A stretch of DNA of 64,000 bases from Oscillospiraceae bacterium (GCA_015068765.1 SVJY01000002.1:2915-66914), one strand, 5' to 3'. Positions 17,728 to 27,300 are shown, counted from the first letter of the stretch. Program-made: numbers and translations. The notes: generated by a model from the letters alone, not told the origin.

Positions 17728-19657
17728 AAGGGCAATACACATTGATTTCCATACCATGCCGGGTATTTATAATTTCGGTGAGAAATTTGATGCCCGTATT
17801 TTTGCCGAGCGCCTGAAAGAAGCAAATGTGGAAATTATAAATTGTTTTTTTCAGTGTAATATCGGGTATGTGTATTATCCGACAAAAATTGGTGTTCCCT
17901 ATCCGGATATGAAGGGAGATATGTTCGGAGATATTGTGCGGGAATGCCACGCACGCGGCATCCGGGTGGTGGGGTATACAAACACGGCGATAAACCACGT
18001 ACAGTCGCTTCTGCATCCGGATTGGCAGCGTGTGGACGAGCGGGGGAGAGTTCTGGGAGATGACCCGGCGAACAATAACTTTTGTCGCACGATGTGTTTT
18101 AACAATCCGGCATACAGAGAGTATCTCACTGCTCTGATCCGGGAGGCAATCGACCGATACGATATCGACGGTATTTTTGCCGACTGCATGAATCCTGCTC
18201 CCTATTGCCACTGCCCCCGATGTGTCCGGGATATGAAGGCGGAGGGACTGGATGTGAAAAACGAAAACCACGTACGGTATTTTGCATATAAGAAATTTGC
18301 AGAGTTTGCCCATATGATTGATAACGCTGTCCCGGAAGGGAAGCTGGTGCAGCAAACCGGCGTGCCTTTTGACTGGGATGAAGCACCGCACGTCAGCACC
18401 CATGGCGAGGTGGAATGTCTGCCTACCGGTGGCTGGGGCTATGACTTTTTTGTTCCGCAGGTGTCGTACATGCGGAACTTCCGAAAAGAAATTCTGTATA
18501 TGACAGGCAGATTCCAGGCATCCTGGGGAGACTTCGGCGGCTATAAAACAGAAGCGTCGATTGAAAACGACTGCTACGATGCACTGTGTCAGGGCGTACA
18601 GGTTTCTGTTGGCGACCATATGCATCCGGCAGGGAATCTGGATGAAGAATTATACAAAATCATTGGCCGGATCTATGCCAGGGTAAAGGCATATGAGCCG
18701 TGGACGGATTTAGCCGTGCCACGGGCAGAAATCGCCGTGCTCAACGATAAAACATGCATTACAAAGGAAGAAATGCGTGGAGGTTTGGGGCGGAATATCT
18801 CTGTTACCGGTGCGGCACGGATGCTGGCAGAGCTGAAGTATGGGTTTGACATTATAAACGAGGATATTCCGTTTGACAATTATAAAGTGTTGATATTGCC
18901 GGATGCACTGTTTATGTCGGACAAACTGACTGAAAAGCTTACGGCTTATATGGAAAAGGGCGGCCGTCTTCTGCTTTCCGGTACGGCAGGATTAAATCAG
19001 GAAAAAACCGGCTTTGCCATAAGGGAACTGGATTTCATAACGTTTACCGGTATGGATGGCAGTAATTCTTCGTATTATACTATAGACGGCGGTGCACCGA
19101 TTGCTATGTACCGCCATGGGATTACCATGACTTCGGATTACAAAACGGCAGATTATATCAAACCTTATTTTAACCGGCACTGGGACGGATTGCACGGATA
19201 CTTCTACACACCGCCGGAGAAGGCAACCGGCCAGGCAGCTGTGGCGGAAAAGGATGGCATAAGCTACATTTGCTTTGCTGTTTTTGAAAGCTATTTTGAT
19301 TTTGCTTACACCGCGCACAAACAGCTGGTGGAAAAAGCACTAAAGCGACTTCTCCCTGCACCGCGGCTGAAGACAGAAGGAATTCCCGGCACTGCCCGGG
19401 TAACCGTGACGGAAGCGGAGAATTTTGATCTTCTCCATGTAAAGGTCACCTATCCGGAAAAACGGGGACGGCAGGCATCTACCGTTGAGGAACACAATAC
19501 GCTCCCGGCAGGGGCAGTGGCAGCGGTCCGCGGAACATACAGGGCGGCATACCGACTACCGGAGAAAACACCTGTGCAGACCGAATCAGACGGAGCTTAC
19601 ACACGGGTGCTTTTGCCGGAGATCACCGGGTATGATATGTTTTTGTTGGAAAAGTAG
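17714..19657 (+). CDS. putative glycoside hydrolase-like protein (GHL6 / GH42-like TIM barrel plus trimerisation-like C-terminal part)
   Basis: 647 aa with a GTG start after GGGAGGGGGA, overlapping the MATE stop by 14 nt. It has a TIM-barrel-like N-terminal half (AIHIDFHTMPG..., GIRVVGYTN, IDGIFADC) and a Cys cluster CHCPRC reminiscent of GH42. Family assignment is from memory only. Confidence 0.45.
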   Translation: MANLKRAIHIDFHTMPGIYNFGEKFDARIFAERLKEANVEIINCFFQCNIGYVYYPTKIGVPYPDMKGDMFGDIVRECHARGIRVVGYTNTAINHVQSLLHPDWQRVDERGRVLGDDPANNNFCRTMCFNNPAYREYLTALIREAIDRYDIDGIFADCMNPAPYCHCPRCVRDMKAEGLDVKNENHVRYFAYKKFAEFAHMIDNAVPEGKLVQQTGVPFDWDEAPHVSTHGEVECLPTGGWGYDFFVPQVSYMRNFRKEILYMTGRFQASWGDFGGYKTEASIENDCYDALCQGVQVSVGDHMHPAGNLDEELYKIIGRIYARVKAYEPWTDLAVPRAEIAVLNDKTCITKEEMRGGLGRNISVTGAARMLAELKYGFDIINEDIPFDNYKVLILPDALFMSDKLTEKLTAYMEKGGRLLLSGTAGLNQEKTGFAIRELDFITFTGMDGSNSSYYTIDGGAPIAMYRHGITMTSDYKTADYIKPYFNRHWDGLHGYFYTPPEKATGQAAVAEKDGISYICFAVFESYFDFAYTAHKQLVEKALKRLLPAPRLKTEGIPGTARVTVTEAENFDLLHVKVTYPEKRGRQASTVEEHNTLPAGAVAAVRGTYRAAYRLPEKTPVQTESDGAYTRVLLPEITGYDMFLLEK

Positions 19658-19779
19658 GGAAAGTTTACGAAAGACCTTGACAAAAGAACCGCTTTTCTAT
19701 ATAATAATTTTATTATTTCTATACGGTGGCACTGCGATATTTCTTTGCAGTGCCCGGTTTGTCAGAAAGGACGGACTGT

Positions 19780-20787
19780 ATGAGTAAAACGATTATACCG
19801 GCAGGCTACCGGGATCCCTTGGGCCTGTTTGATACCCAGATTGCCATTGGTATGATAAAGAGAAGCTTTGAGGATAAGCTGGCGGCGGCACTGAATGTTC
19901 GCCGGGTGTCGGCACCTCTTTTTGTGGAGCCGGCAACAGGTCTAAACGATGACCTCAGCGGCACAGAACGGGCGGTCTCTTTTGATGTGCCGGAAACGGG
20001 GCGGGATGCAGTGGTTGTACATTCTCTGGCAAAATGGAAGCGTATGGCACTGTATACATATGGCTTTGCCCCCGGTATGGGCCTGTACACGGATATGAAT
20101 GCCATCCGCAGAGACGAAACAATGGACAATCTCCATTCTATCTATGTGGATCAATGGGATTGGGAAAAGGTAATTACAAAGAAGGACCGGAACGAGGCAT
20201 ATCTCCGGGAAACGGTTGAGGCCATTGTGGCAGCACTTTGCGATACATTGGATGAAATCAAAAAGGCGTACCCGGCAGTACAGACAGACTTGCAGAGAAA
20301 AGTGACCTTTATAACCACAGAAGAGCTTCTACAGCTATACCCGGACAAAACACCGAAGGAAAGAGAAAATGCATTTGTGAAGGAGCATAAATGTGTCTTT
20401 TTGATGCAGATTGGCGATGTGCTTTCCAATGGAGAAAAGCATGACGGCCGTGCTCCGGATTACGATGACTGGACGCTGAATGGGGATATCCTTATATGGA
20501 ATGATGTGCTGGGTTGTGCTTTTGAAATTTCTTCCATGGGAATCCGTGTAGACAGTGCAGCGCTGGACGCACAGCTCAAAAAGGCAGATTGCGATGACCG
20601 TCGGAAGTTCCTTTTCCACAAATTGCTTCTGGAGGACACCCTTCCACTGACCATGGGTGGCGGCATCGGGCAGTCCAGAGTTTGCATGCTTCTTCTGGGG
20701 AAGGCCCATGTGGGACAGGTACAGGTTTCCGTGTGGGATGATGATACGGTCAATACCTGTCGGGAAGCTGGAATCACCCTACTTTAA
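19780..20787 (+). CDS. asnA: aspartate--ammonia ligase
   Basis: ATG 19780 follows GAAAGGACGG. The protein starts MSKTIIPAGYRDPLGLFDTQIAIGMIKRSFEDKLAAALNVRRVSAPLFVE..., the class-II synthetase-like AsnA pattern. The upstream part of the track ORF is read-through. Confidence 0.9.
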   Translation: MSKTIIPAGYRDPLGLFDTQIAIGMIKRSFEDKLAAALNVRRVSAPLFVEPATGLNDDLSGTERAVSFDVPETGRDAVVVHSLAKWKRMALYTYGFAPGMGLYTDMNAIRRDETMDNLHSIYVDQWDWEKVITKKDRNEAYLRETVEAIVAALCDTLDEIKKAYPAVQTDLQRKVTFITTEELLQLYPDKTPKERENAFVKEHKCVFLMQIGDVLSNGEKHDGRAPDYDDWTLNGDILIWNDVLGCAFEISSMGIRVDSAALDAQLKKADCDDRRKFLFHKLLLEDTLPLTMGGGIGQSRVCMLLLGKAHVGQVQVSVWDDDTVNTCREAGITLL

Positions 20788-20795
20788 AGACAATA

Positions 20796-20834
20796 AAAAC
20801 CGCAGAACAGCATTGGTCTGTCTGCGGTTTTTTG
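20796..20834 (+). terminator. intrinsic terminator after asnA
   Basis: AAAACCGCAGA...TCTGCGGTTTTTTG. Confidence 0.8.
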
Positions 20835-20892
20835 TGTCTTTTTTTCTTTTAGGGAGATTTGGAAGATTATTTATCTTTTTTTCTGGAAAAGC

Positions 20893-20921
20893 TTGACTTT
20901 TTTTGGCGTTTATAGTATAAT
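20893..20921 (+). promoter_or_regulatory. sigma-A-like promoter (TTGACT-17-TATAAT) of the decarboxylase operon
   Basis: TTGACT at 20893-20898 and TATAAT at 20916-20921. Confidence 0.6.
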
Positions 20922-20994
20922 CGAAATCAAATGCGATATTTTCCGGCAAACCTCGTCAAAGTGCCGGATAAAACACTACACAGGAGGTATTTTT

Positions 20995-22371
20995 ATGAAA
21001 GTACAATTCACAGAAACCGTGCTGCGTGATGCGAATCAGTCTCTTATCGCAACCCGTCTGCCCTTTGAAAAGTTCGAGCCCATTCTGGAAAAAATGGAAA
21101 AGGCCGGCTTTTATTCGGTAGAGTGCTGGGGCGGTGCAACATTTGATTCCTGCCTACGCTATCTGGACGAAGATCCTTGGGAAAGACTTCGTAAAATCAA
21201 GAGTAAAATGCCCACCACAAAGCTGCAGATGCTGCTTCGCGGTCAGAACCTTCTGGGCTACAAACATTATCCCGACGATGTTGTAAAGAAGTTTGTGCAG
21301 CATTCTGTATCAAACGGAATTGACATCATTCGTATTTTTGATGCACTCAATGACCTTAGAAACATTAAGGTTGCCGTGGACGAAACAAACCGGTGCGGTG
21401 CACACGCTTCCGGTGCGATTTCCTACACCACAAGCCCGGTACACACACTGGAAAACTATGCAAAGCTTGCAAAAGAGATGGAAAACATGGGCGTAGGTTC
21501 TATCTGTATCAAGGATATGGCCGGCGTTATGAGCCCGAAGGAAGCCTATGATTTGGTAAAGGCAATCAAGGAAACCGTTAAAATCCCCGTGGTTGTGCAT
21601 ACCCACAGCACCACAGGCCTTGCTTTCATGACTTATCTGAAGGCAATCGAGGCAGGGGCCGATGTGATTGACACCGCAATTTCCTGCTTCTCCGGCGGTA
21701 CAAGCCAGCCGGCAACAGAAACACTTGTTTATGCACTGCGTCAGCTGGGGTATGAAATAGATGTAAATGACAAGCTTCTGCTTGAAATCAACGACTTCTT
21801 CAAGCCGATCCGTGCAGAGTTTTTAGAAAGCGGTACGCTGGAACCCACCGTTTTGGCTACCGATACAAACGCACTGAACTATCAGATTCCCGGCGGTATG
21901 CTTTCTAACCTGATTTCTCAGCTGAAGGCACAGAACGCACTGGACCGTCTGGAAGAGGTTCTGGTGGAAACACCCAAAGTACGTAAGGATCTCGGCTATC
22001 CGCCGCTGGTAACACCCATGAGCCAGATGGTTGGCGTCCAGGCAGCGACAAACGTCCTGATTGGCGAACGCTATAAGAACATCAGTAAAGAAGTAAAGGC
22101 TTACCTCCGTGGCGAATACGGACAGGCTCCCGGCGAAATTGATGCGGAGCTGACAAAGAAGGCACTGGGCGATGAACAGCCTGTTACCTGCCGCTTTGCC
22201 GATACGCTGGAAGATGCATTTGAAGCCACCAAAAAGGAGCTGGGCGACAAGGCACAGTCTGACGAGGATGTACTTTCCTATATTGCTTTCCCGCAGGTAT
22301 ACGAAAAGTTCCGTGAAAAGAGAGAAGCAAGCCTAGAAAACCGTGCACAGTATACGATTGAAACCATGTAA
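20995..22371 (+). CDS. oadA: oxaloacetate decarboxylase alpha chain, carboxyltransferase part only (5S/PycB-like, no fused biotin domain)
   Basis: ATG 20995 follows CAGGAGG. The protein starts MKVQFTETVLRDANQSLIATRLPFEKF..., with an HMGL-like TIM barrel (IIRIFDALND, ICIKDMAGV, VHTHSTTG). Confidence 0.8.
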   Translation: MKVQFTETVLRDANQSLIATRLPFEKFEPILEKMEKAGFYSVECWGGATFDSCLRYLDEDPWERLRKIKSKMPTTKLQMLLRGQNLLGYKHYPDDVVKKFVQHSVSNGIDIIRIFDALNDLRNIKVAVDETNRCGAHASGAISYTTSPVHTLENYAKLAKEMENMGVGSICIKDMAGVMSPKEAYDLVKAIKETVKIPVVVHTHSTTGLAFMTYLKAIEAGADVIDTAISCFSGGTSQPATETLVYALRQLGYEIDVNDKLLLEINDFFKPIRAEFLESGTLEPTVLATDTNALNYQIPGGMLSNLISQLKAQNALDRLEEVLVETPKVRKDLGYPPLVTPMSQMVGVQAATNVLIGERYKNISKEVKAYLRGEYGQAPGEIDAELTKKALGDEQPVTCRFADTLEDAFEATKKELGDKAQSDEDVLSYIAFPQVYEKFREKREASLENRAQYTIETM

Positions 22372-22386
22372 GAAAGGGAGTTCAGT

Positions 22387-22692
22387 ATGATTATTACCGA
22401 AATGCTTATCAATGTGGTTGTGGGCTTGTCTGTGGTTTTTGCGGTACTGATTATTCTCATGGCATGTATTGCTGTTATGAGTAAGTTTACGAAAAAGAAA
22501 CCGTCCGCAGCCCCTGCCGCACAGGCTGCACCGACAGCCGCACAGCCGAAACCGGCGAAGGGAAGCTGCGGAAGTGTAAAGCTTTTTGATGTGCCGGATA
22601 AAACAGCCGCCATGCTGATGGCCATTACCGCAGAAAAGATGAATGTGCCGCTGAATACCTTGCGCTTCATCTCGATCAAAGAAGTGAAATAG
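22387..22692 (+). CDS. oadG: Na+-pump decarboxylase gamma subunit (OadG-like)
   Basis: 101 aa with a single N-terminal TM helix (VVGLSVVFAVLIILMACIAV) followed by an Ala/Pro-rich linker. It sits between the alpha and biotin-carrier genes. Confidence 0.65.
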   Translation: MIITEMLINVVVGLSVVFAVLIILMACIAVMSKFTKKKPSAAPAAQAAPTAAQPKPAKGSCGSVKLFDVPDKTAAMLMAITAEKMNVPLNTLRFISIKEVK

Positions 22693-22708
22693 AAAGGACG
22701 AAGCCGAA

Positions 22709-23104
22709 ATGAAATATAAAGTTACCTTAAACGGAAAAACATATGAAATCGTAGTAGAACAGGGCAATGCGATTGTAGAGGCAGAATATGCCGCAGCCGC
22801 ACCCAGTGCCCCTGCCGCACCCAGTGCCCCTGCCGCACCCAGTGCCCCTGCCGCCGCACCTGCGCCGGCTGCAGCCGCTGTTACAGGTGCCGGTGAGGTT
22901 GTTACTTCGCCTCTGCCGGGTACGGTGCTTGACATTAAGGTCAGTGCCGGCAGCACCGTTACAAAGGGTCAGCTGGTAGCCATTGTTGAAGCCATGAAAA
23001 TGGAAAACGAAATTCTTGCACCGAAGGATGGCACCGTTTCGCAGATTGTTGCCACCAAGGGTGCAACAGTTGACAGCGGCGCACCCCTCATTGTGATAGC
23101 ATAA
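22709..23104 (+). CDS. biotin carboxyl carrier protein (biotinyl domain)
   Basis: 131 aa with the VEAMKMENEI biotinylation motif and an (APSAPA)x3 linker. Confidence 0.9.
   Translation: MKYKVTLNGKTYEIVVEQGNAIVEAEYAAAAPSAPAAPSAPAAPSAPAAAPAPAAAAVTGAGEVVTSPLPGTVLDIKVSAGSTVTKGQLVAIVEAMKMENEILAPKDGTVSQIVATKGATVDSGAPLIVIA
22799..22852 (+). repeat. perfect 18-bp tandem repeat x3 (GCACCCAGTGCCCCTGCC)
   Basis: Three identical consecutive units encode the APSAPA linker of the biotin carrier. Confidence 0.95.
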
Positions 23105-23117
23105 GGGGGCATAGGAA

Positions 23118-24305
23118 ATGAACGTTTTACAAACTTTGTCGAAAATCTGGGAAACCTCAGGTATTGCACAAATTATAGGCGGATTTTTAGAAGGCGGCGT
23201 TTTGCAGCTCGTTATGATTATCCTTGCCTGTGTGCTTCTCTATCTTGGTATTGTTAAGAAATTTGAGCCCCTTCTTTTAGTGGGTATTGCCTTTGGTATG
23301 CTTCTGACAAACCTTCCGCTTTCCGGCGTGTTCCACCCGGAATACTGGAATACGGCAGGGGACATTAACTACGGTGAAGTGCTTCGGCACGGCGGACTTT
23401 TAGACCTTTTGTATATCGGCGTAAAAACCGGTCTCTATCCGTCGCTGATTTTCCTCGGCGTCGGTGCCATGACCGATTTTGGTCCCATGATTGCAAATCC
23501 GAAGTCCATGCTGATGGGTGCGGGTGCACAGTTCGGTATCTACTTTGCACTTCTCATGGCTTCGCCCTTCTTTGATCCCCAGGCTGCGGCTTCTATTGCC
23601 ATTATCGGCGGTGCAGACGGCCCGACAGCTATCTGGCTCACCAAAACCTTAAAGCCGGAAATGCTGGCACCGATTGCGATTGCCGCCTATTCCTACATGG
23701 CACTCATTCCGCTGATTCAGCCGCCGATCATGAAGCTGATGACCACGAAAAAAGAACGCGTCATCAAAATGGAACAGCTTCGTCCTGTTTCCAAAACAGA
23801 AAAAATCGTATTTCCCATTATGGTTACCATTATTACCTGTCTGATTCTGCCCTCTGTAGCACCGCTTCTGGGCTGTCTGATGCTTGGTAACCTTATGAAG
23901 GAATGCGGTGTAACAGACAGATTGTCTGACACGGCACAGAATAACCTGATGAATATTGTTACGATTTTCCTGAGCATCTCGGTCGGTGCGACTGCACGGT
24001 ACGACACCTTCCTGAAGCTGGACACACTTCTGATTGTTGTACTCGGTCTGATCGCCTTCTGCTTTGCCACTTTTGGCGGACTTTTGGTTGGTAAGATTAT
24101 GTGCAAGCTCACAAAGGGCAAAATCAACCCCCTCATCGGTTCTGCAGGCGTTTCCGCCGTTCCTATGGCGGCACGTGTATCCCAGATGGTGGGACAGAAG
24201 GCCAATCCCTCCAACTTCCTGCTCATGCACGCTATGGGTCCGAATGTTGCAGGTGTTATCGGCTCTGCGGTTGCGGCAGGCTTCCTGCTGGCAGTATTTG
24301 GCTAA
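23118..24305 (+). CDS. oadB: Na+-translocating decarboxylase beta subunit
   Basis: 395 aa and polytopic. Segments such as GAMTDFGPMIANPK and IGGADGPTAIW are typical of the OadB/GcdB/MmdB family. Confidence 0.9.
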   Translation: MNVLQTLSKIWETSGIAQIIGGFLEGGVLQLVMIILACVLLYLGIVKKFEPLLLVGIAFGMLLTNLPLSGVFHPEYWNTAGDINYGEVLRHGGLLDLLYIGVKTGLYPSLIFLGVGAMTDFGPMIANPKSMLMGAGAQFGIYFALLMASPFFDPQAAASIAIIGGADGPTAIWLTKTLKPEMLAPIAIAAYSYMALIPLIQPPIMKLMTTKKERVIKMEQLRPVSKTEKIVFPIMVTIITCLILPSVAPLLGCLMLGNLMKECGVTDRLSDTAQNNLMNIVTIFLSISVGATARYDTFLKLDTLLIVVLGLIAFCFATFGGLLVGKIMCKLTKGKINPLIGSAGVSAVPMAARVSQMVGQKANPSNFLLMHAMGPNVAGVIGSAVAAGFLLAVFG

Positions 24306-24320
24306 AATTCAGTATCCGTT

Positions 24321-24357
24321 CGGTGCTGTCCTCTCTATGGGGGCGGCACCGTTTTTT
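24321..24357 (+). terminator. intrinsic terminator after oadB
   Basis: CGGTGCTGTCC...GGGCGGCACCG followed by TTTTTT. Confidence 0.75.
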
Positions 24358-24377
24358 ATAAAAATTCTTAAAAAGTA

Positions 24378-24406
24378 TTGACAAAGCAAAAGAAAAGTAG
24401 TAATAT
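24378..24406 (+). promoter_or_regulatory. sigma-A-like promoter (TTGACA-17-TAATAT)
   Basis: TTGACA at 24378-24383 and TAATAT at 24401-24406, directly before the T-box leader. Confidence 0.55.
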
Positions 24407-24412
24407 GATAGT

Positions 24413-24680
24413 AATGTAAACCGTTGAGGCAGAAAAAAGGCAGAACGGGTCTTTCCGAGCGAGTGGATTACGGTGTGAGTTCCATAAAGACTGTCTGCGT
24501 AATATGGACTGCTGAGGGTGGTGTTAAATGCACTGACGCATGGGCTCGCGTAAGAAGCCGGGAGTATGATGGTACTCTATAAGGGCACAGTTTACTGTGA
24601 AGCAAGGTGGCACCGCGGATATTTTGTAAGTATTCGTCCTTGACAGATAGGTTCTTTCTGTCAAGGGCGTTTTGTTTTTT
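24413..24680 (+). promoter_or_regulatory. T-box riboswitch, probable Trp specifier (UGG)
   Basis: Stem-I elements are AGCGAGU...GGUGUGAG. UGG at 24505-24507 is followed by A. The conserved T-box sequence AAGGUGGCACCGCGG is at 24604-24618; its UGGC would pair with a G73-CCA acceptor end, as in tRNA-Trp. The terminator is CGTCCTTGACAGA...TCTGTCAAGGGCG plus a T run (24635-24680). The downstream gene is trpB. Confidence 0.8.
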
Positions 24681-24771
24681 GGCAGAAATGGGGGAGGAAA
24701 GTAAATGCTACTGACAAAACGATGGCGAAGCTTACCGAAACAGAACAAAAATGTTTTAGGAGGAATTTATA

Positions 24772-25995
24772 ATGAAATTTAATGAAGTTGATTTTGATAC
24801 CTATTTTAAAAACTATCCGGATAAGAACGGATATTTCGGCAAATATGGCGGCTCGTATGTTTCCGAGGAGCTGAAGACGGCCATGCAGGAAATTACAGAA
24901 GCGTATTATTCCATTTGTCAATCCAGAAAATTTATTGCGGAGCTGCGTAGAATCCGCAAGGAATTCCAGGGCAGACCCACGCCGGTCACCCATCTGGAAC
25001 GCCTCTCTGATGCCCTCGGCGGCAAGGTGCAGCTATATGCAAAGCGGGAAGATTTAAACCATTCGGGTGCACATAAACTGAACCATTGTATGGGAGAAGC
25101 GCTTCTTGCCAAATATATGGGCAAGAAAAAGGTGATCGCCGAAACGGGTGCCGGCCAGCACGGTGTGGCACTGGCAACGGCGGCCGCATATTTCGGCCTG
25201 GAGTGCGACATTTATATGGGCACGGTGGATATTAAAAAGCAGGCACCGAACGTGGCCAGAATGAAGATTCTGGGTGCGAACGTGGTGGAGGTTACCCACG
25301 GGCTGCAAACACTGAAGGAAGCGGTGGATGCGGCGTTTGATGCCTACAGCAAGGAATACAAGGACGCCATATACTGCATCGGCTCCGTGCTCGGCCCGCA
25401 TCCCTTTCCCATGATGGTGCGTGATTTCCAGAGCGTCGTGGGTATTGAGGCACGTGAGCAGTTTATGGAAATGACGGGACACTTGCCGAGTGCAATCGTG
25501 GCCTGTGTGGGCGGCGGCTCCAATGCGGCGGGCCTTTTTGCGGGATTTTTGAACGATCCTGTAGATATTTACGGCATTGAGCCTTTGGGACGAGGTGAAA
25601 AGCTGGGCGACCACGCCGCAAGCCTGAAATACGGCACCGAGGGTATCATGCACGGCTTTAACAGTATTATGCTGAAGGACGAAAACGGCGAGCCTGCACC
25701 GGTCTATTCCGTGGCAAGCGGCCTTGATTACCCCTCAAGCGGCCCCGAACACGCATTTCTGCAGGAAATCGGCAGAGTAAAATACGATGTGATTGACGAT
25801 GAAGAAACCGTTGATGCATTCTACAAGCTTTCCCGCCTGGAGGGCATCATCCCCGCCATTGAAAGCTCCCATGCCGTAGCGTTCGGCATGAAGCTGGCAA
25901 AAACAATGGACCACGGGTCTGTGCTGATTAACCTCTCCGGCAGAGGGGATAAGGACATGGATTATATTATCGAAAAATACGGCATCCGCGAATAA
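24772..25995 (+). CDS. trpB: tryptophan synthase beta chain (stand-alone, no trpA nearby)
   Basis: 407 aa. Motifs: [88 protein letters not shown]. Confidence 0.9.
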   Translation: MKFNEVDFDTYFKNYPDKNGYFGKYGGSYVSEELKTAMQEITEAYYSICQSRKFIAELRRIRKEFQGRPTPVTHLERLSDALGGKVQLYAKREDLNHSGAHKLNHCMGEALLAKYMGKKKVIAETGAGQHGVALATAAAYFGLECDIYMGTVDIKKQAPNVARMKILGANVVEVTHGLQTLKEAVDAAFDAYSKEYKDAIYCIGSVLGPHPFPMMVRDFQSVVGIEAREQFMEMTGHLPSAIVACVGGGSNAAGLFAGFLNDPVDIYGIEPLGRGEKLGDHAASLKYGTEGIMHGFNSIMLKDENGEPAPVYSVASGLDYPSSGPEHAFLQEIGRVKYDVIDDEETVDAFYKLSRLEGIIPAIESSHAVAFGMKLAKTMDHGSVLINLSGRGDKDMDYIIEKYGIRE

Positions 25996-26004
25996 GGAGA
26001 CGAA

Positions 26005-27300
26005 ATGGATATTTTACGTACTTTTCCTGCCGAAGCCTGTGCTTGCGGAAAAGAGCACAAAGCGGCAGTCCGGGCGGTGCATTGCGGTAGCGGTGCACTG
26101 GAGAATTTGCCGGGTTGCTTGCAGGAATTAGGGGCAAAAAAAGTTTTTGTGCTGGCAGATGTTAATACGTATCAAGCGGCAGGGGAAGCCGTATGCCGGC
26201 ATCTGAAGCGTGTCGGCATCCCCTTTTCCGAATTTGTTTTTCCGGAAGGGGAGATCGAGCCGGATGAGCGAAGCGTCGGCAGTGCGGTCATGCATTTTGA
26301 CCGTAGCTGTGATGCCGTGGTGGCGGTAGGCTCCGGCGTTATCAATGACATTGGGAAAATTCTGAGCCATATGGCCGCTGCCCCTTACTGCATTGTGGCG
26401 ACTGCACCTTCCATGGACGGCTATGCTTCGGCAACCTCCTCCATGTCCAGAGATGGGCTTAAGGTATCCTTACCTTCCAAATGTGCAGATGTGATTATCG
26501 GGGACACAGATATTCTATGCCGGGCACCGGAAAAGATGCTGCAGGCAGGGCTTGGCGACATGGTGGCAAAATATATCAGCCTCTGCGAATGGAGAATTTC
26601 CCACCTTGTAACAGGGGAATATTACTGCGAACGGGTGGCGGCACTGGTGCGACAGGCATTGGCTCGTTGTGTGGAAAACGCCGAAGGACTTCTAAAACGG
26701 AAGCCGGAGGCAGTGGAAGCTGTGTTTGAAGGGCTGGTGCTGGGCGGTCTTGCCATGGCGTATGCCGGCACATCACGTCCTGCGTCCGGTGTGGAGCATT
26801 ATTTCTCCCATATCTGGGATATGCGTGGGCTGGAATTTGGCACAAAAGTGGATTTGCACGGACGGCAGTGTGCCGTCGGGACCTTACTTGCGGCACGGCT
26901 GTATGCCCGTCTTCGGGAAGTGAAGCCGGACAGAGAAAAGGCACGCCGGCATGCCGAAAATTTTGATTTTGCGGCGTGGGCAGAAAAACTGCGGACATTT
27001 CTCGGCAAGGGTGCCGAAACCATGATTGCACAGGAAGAAAAGGAGAAAAAATATGACCCGGCATTACACCGGGCCAGGCTGGATGTGATTATAGAAAATT
27101 GGGAAAAGCTTTTGGAAATTATTGAAGAGGAAGTCCCCAAACCGGAAACACTTTGTACCCTTTTTGACAAAACGGGGATGCCGAAAACGCCGGGCGAGCT
27201 GGGCATTGCGGACGAAATTACCGACATGGCCTTCGCCGCCACAAAGGATATCCGGGATAAATACGTGCTTTCCCGTTTGGTGTGGGATTTAGGTATTTAG
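26005..27300 (+). CDS. iron-containing alcohol dehydrogenase family, sn-glycerol-1-phosphate dehydrogenase-like (AraM/EgsA-like)
   Basis: 431 aa. Motifs: AVGSGVINDIGK, APSMDGYAS, GVEHYFSHIWDM. Only 9 nt separate it from the trpB stop, so it is probably co-transcribed. Confidence 0.6.
   Translation: MDILRTFPAEACACGKEHKAAVRAVHCGSGALENLPGCLQELGAKKVFVLADVNTYQAAGEAVCRHLKRVGIPFSEFVFPEGEIEPDERSVGSAVMHFDRSCDAVVAVGSGVINDIGKILSHMAAAPYCIVATAPSMDGYASATSSMSRDGLKVSLPSKCADVIIGDTDILCRAPEKMLQAGLGDMVAKYISLCEWRISHLVTGEYYCERVAALVRQALARCVENAEGLLKRKPEAVEAVFEGLVLGGLAMAYAGTSRPASGVEHYFSHIWDMRGLEFGTKVDLHGRQCAVGTLLAARLYARLREVKPDREKARRHAENFDFAAWAEKLRTFLGKGAETMIAQEEKEKKYDPALHRARLDVIIENWEKLLEIIEEEVPKPETLCTLFDKTGMPKTPGELGIADEITDMAFAATKDIRDKYVLSRLVWDLGI

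Noticed and set aside
17696-18625. Long antisense ORFs (for example 17696..18625, 12119..12922, 5114..5848, 22333..22956, 31419..32612, 40854..41552, 42903..43673, 55042..55749, 62501..63235).
   Set aside because: Each lies entirely opposite a gene with strong family motifs and lacks motifs or an RBS of its own. These are shadow ORFs typical of GC-rich or repeat-containing coding DNA.
19658-19779. Regulatory leader or attenuator before asnA (hairpin GGCACTGC...GCAGTGCC at about 19728-19754).
   Set aside because: It is an 8-bp stem with no clear U tract and no alternative structure or known motif. It is most likely just a stable 5'-UTR hairpin after the TTGACA/TATAAT promoter.
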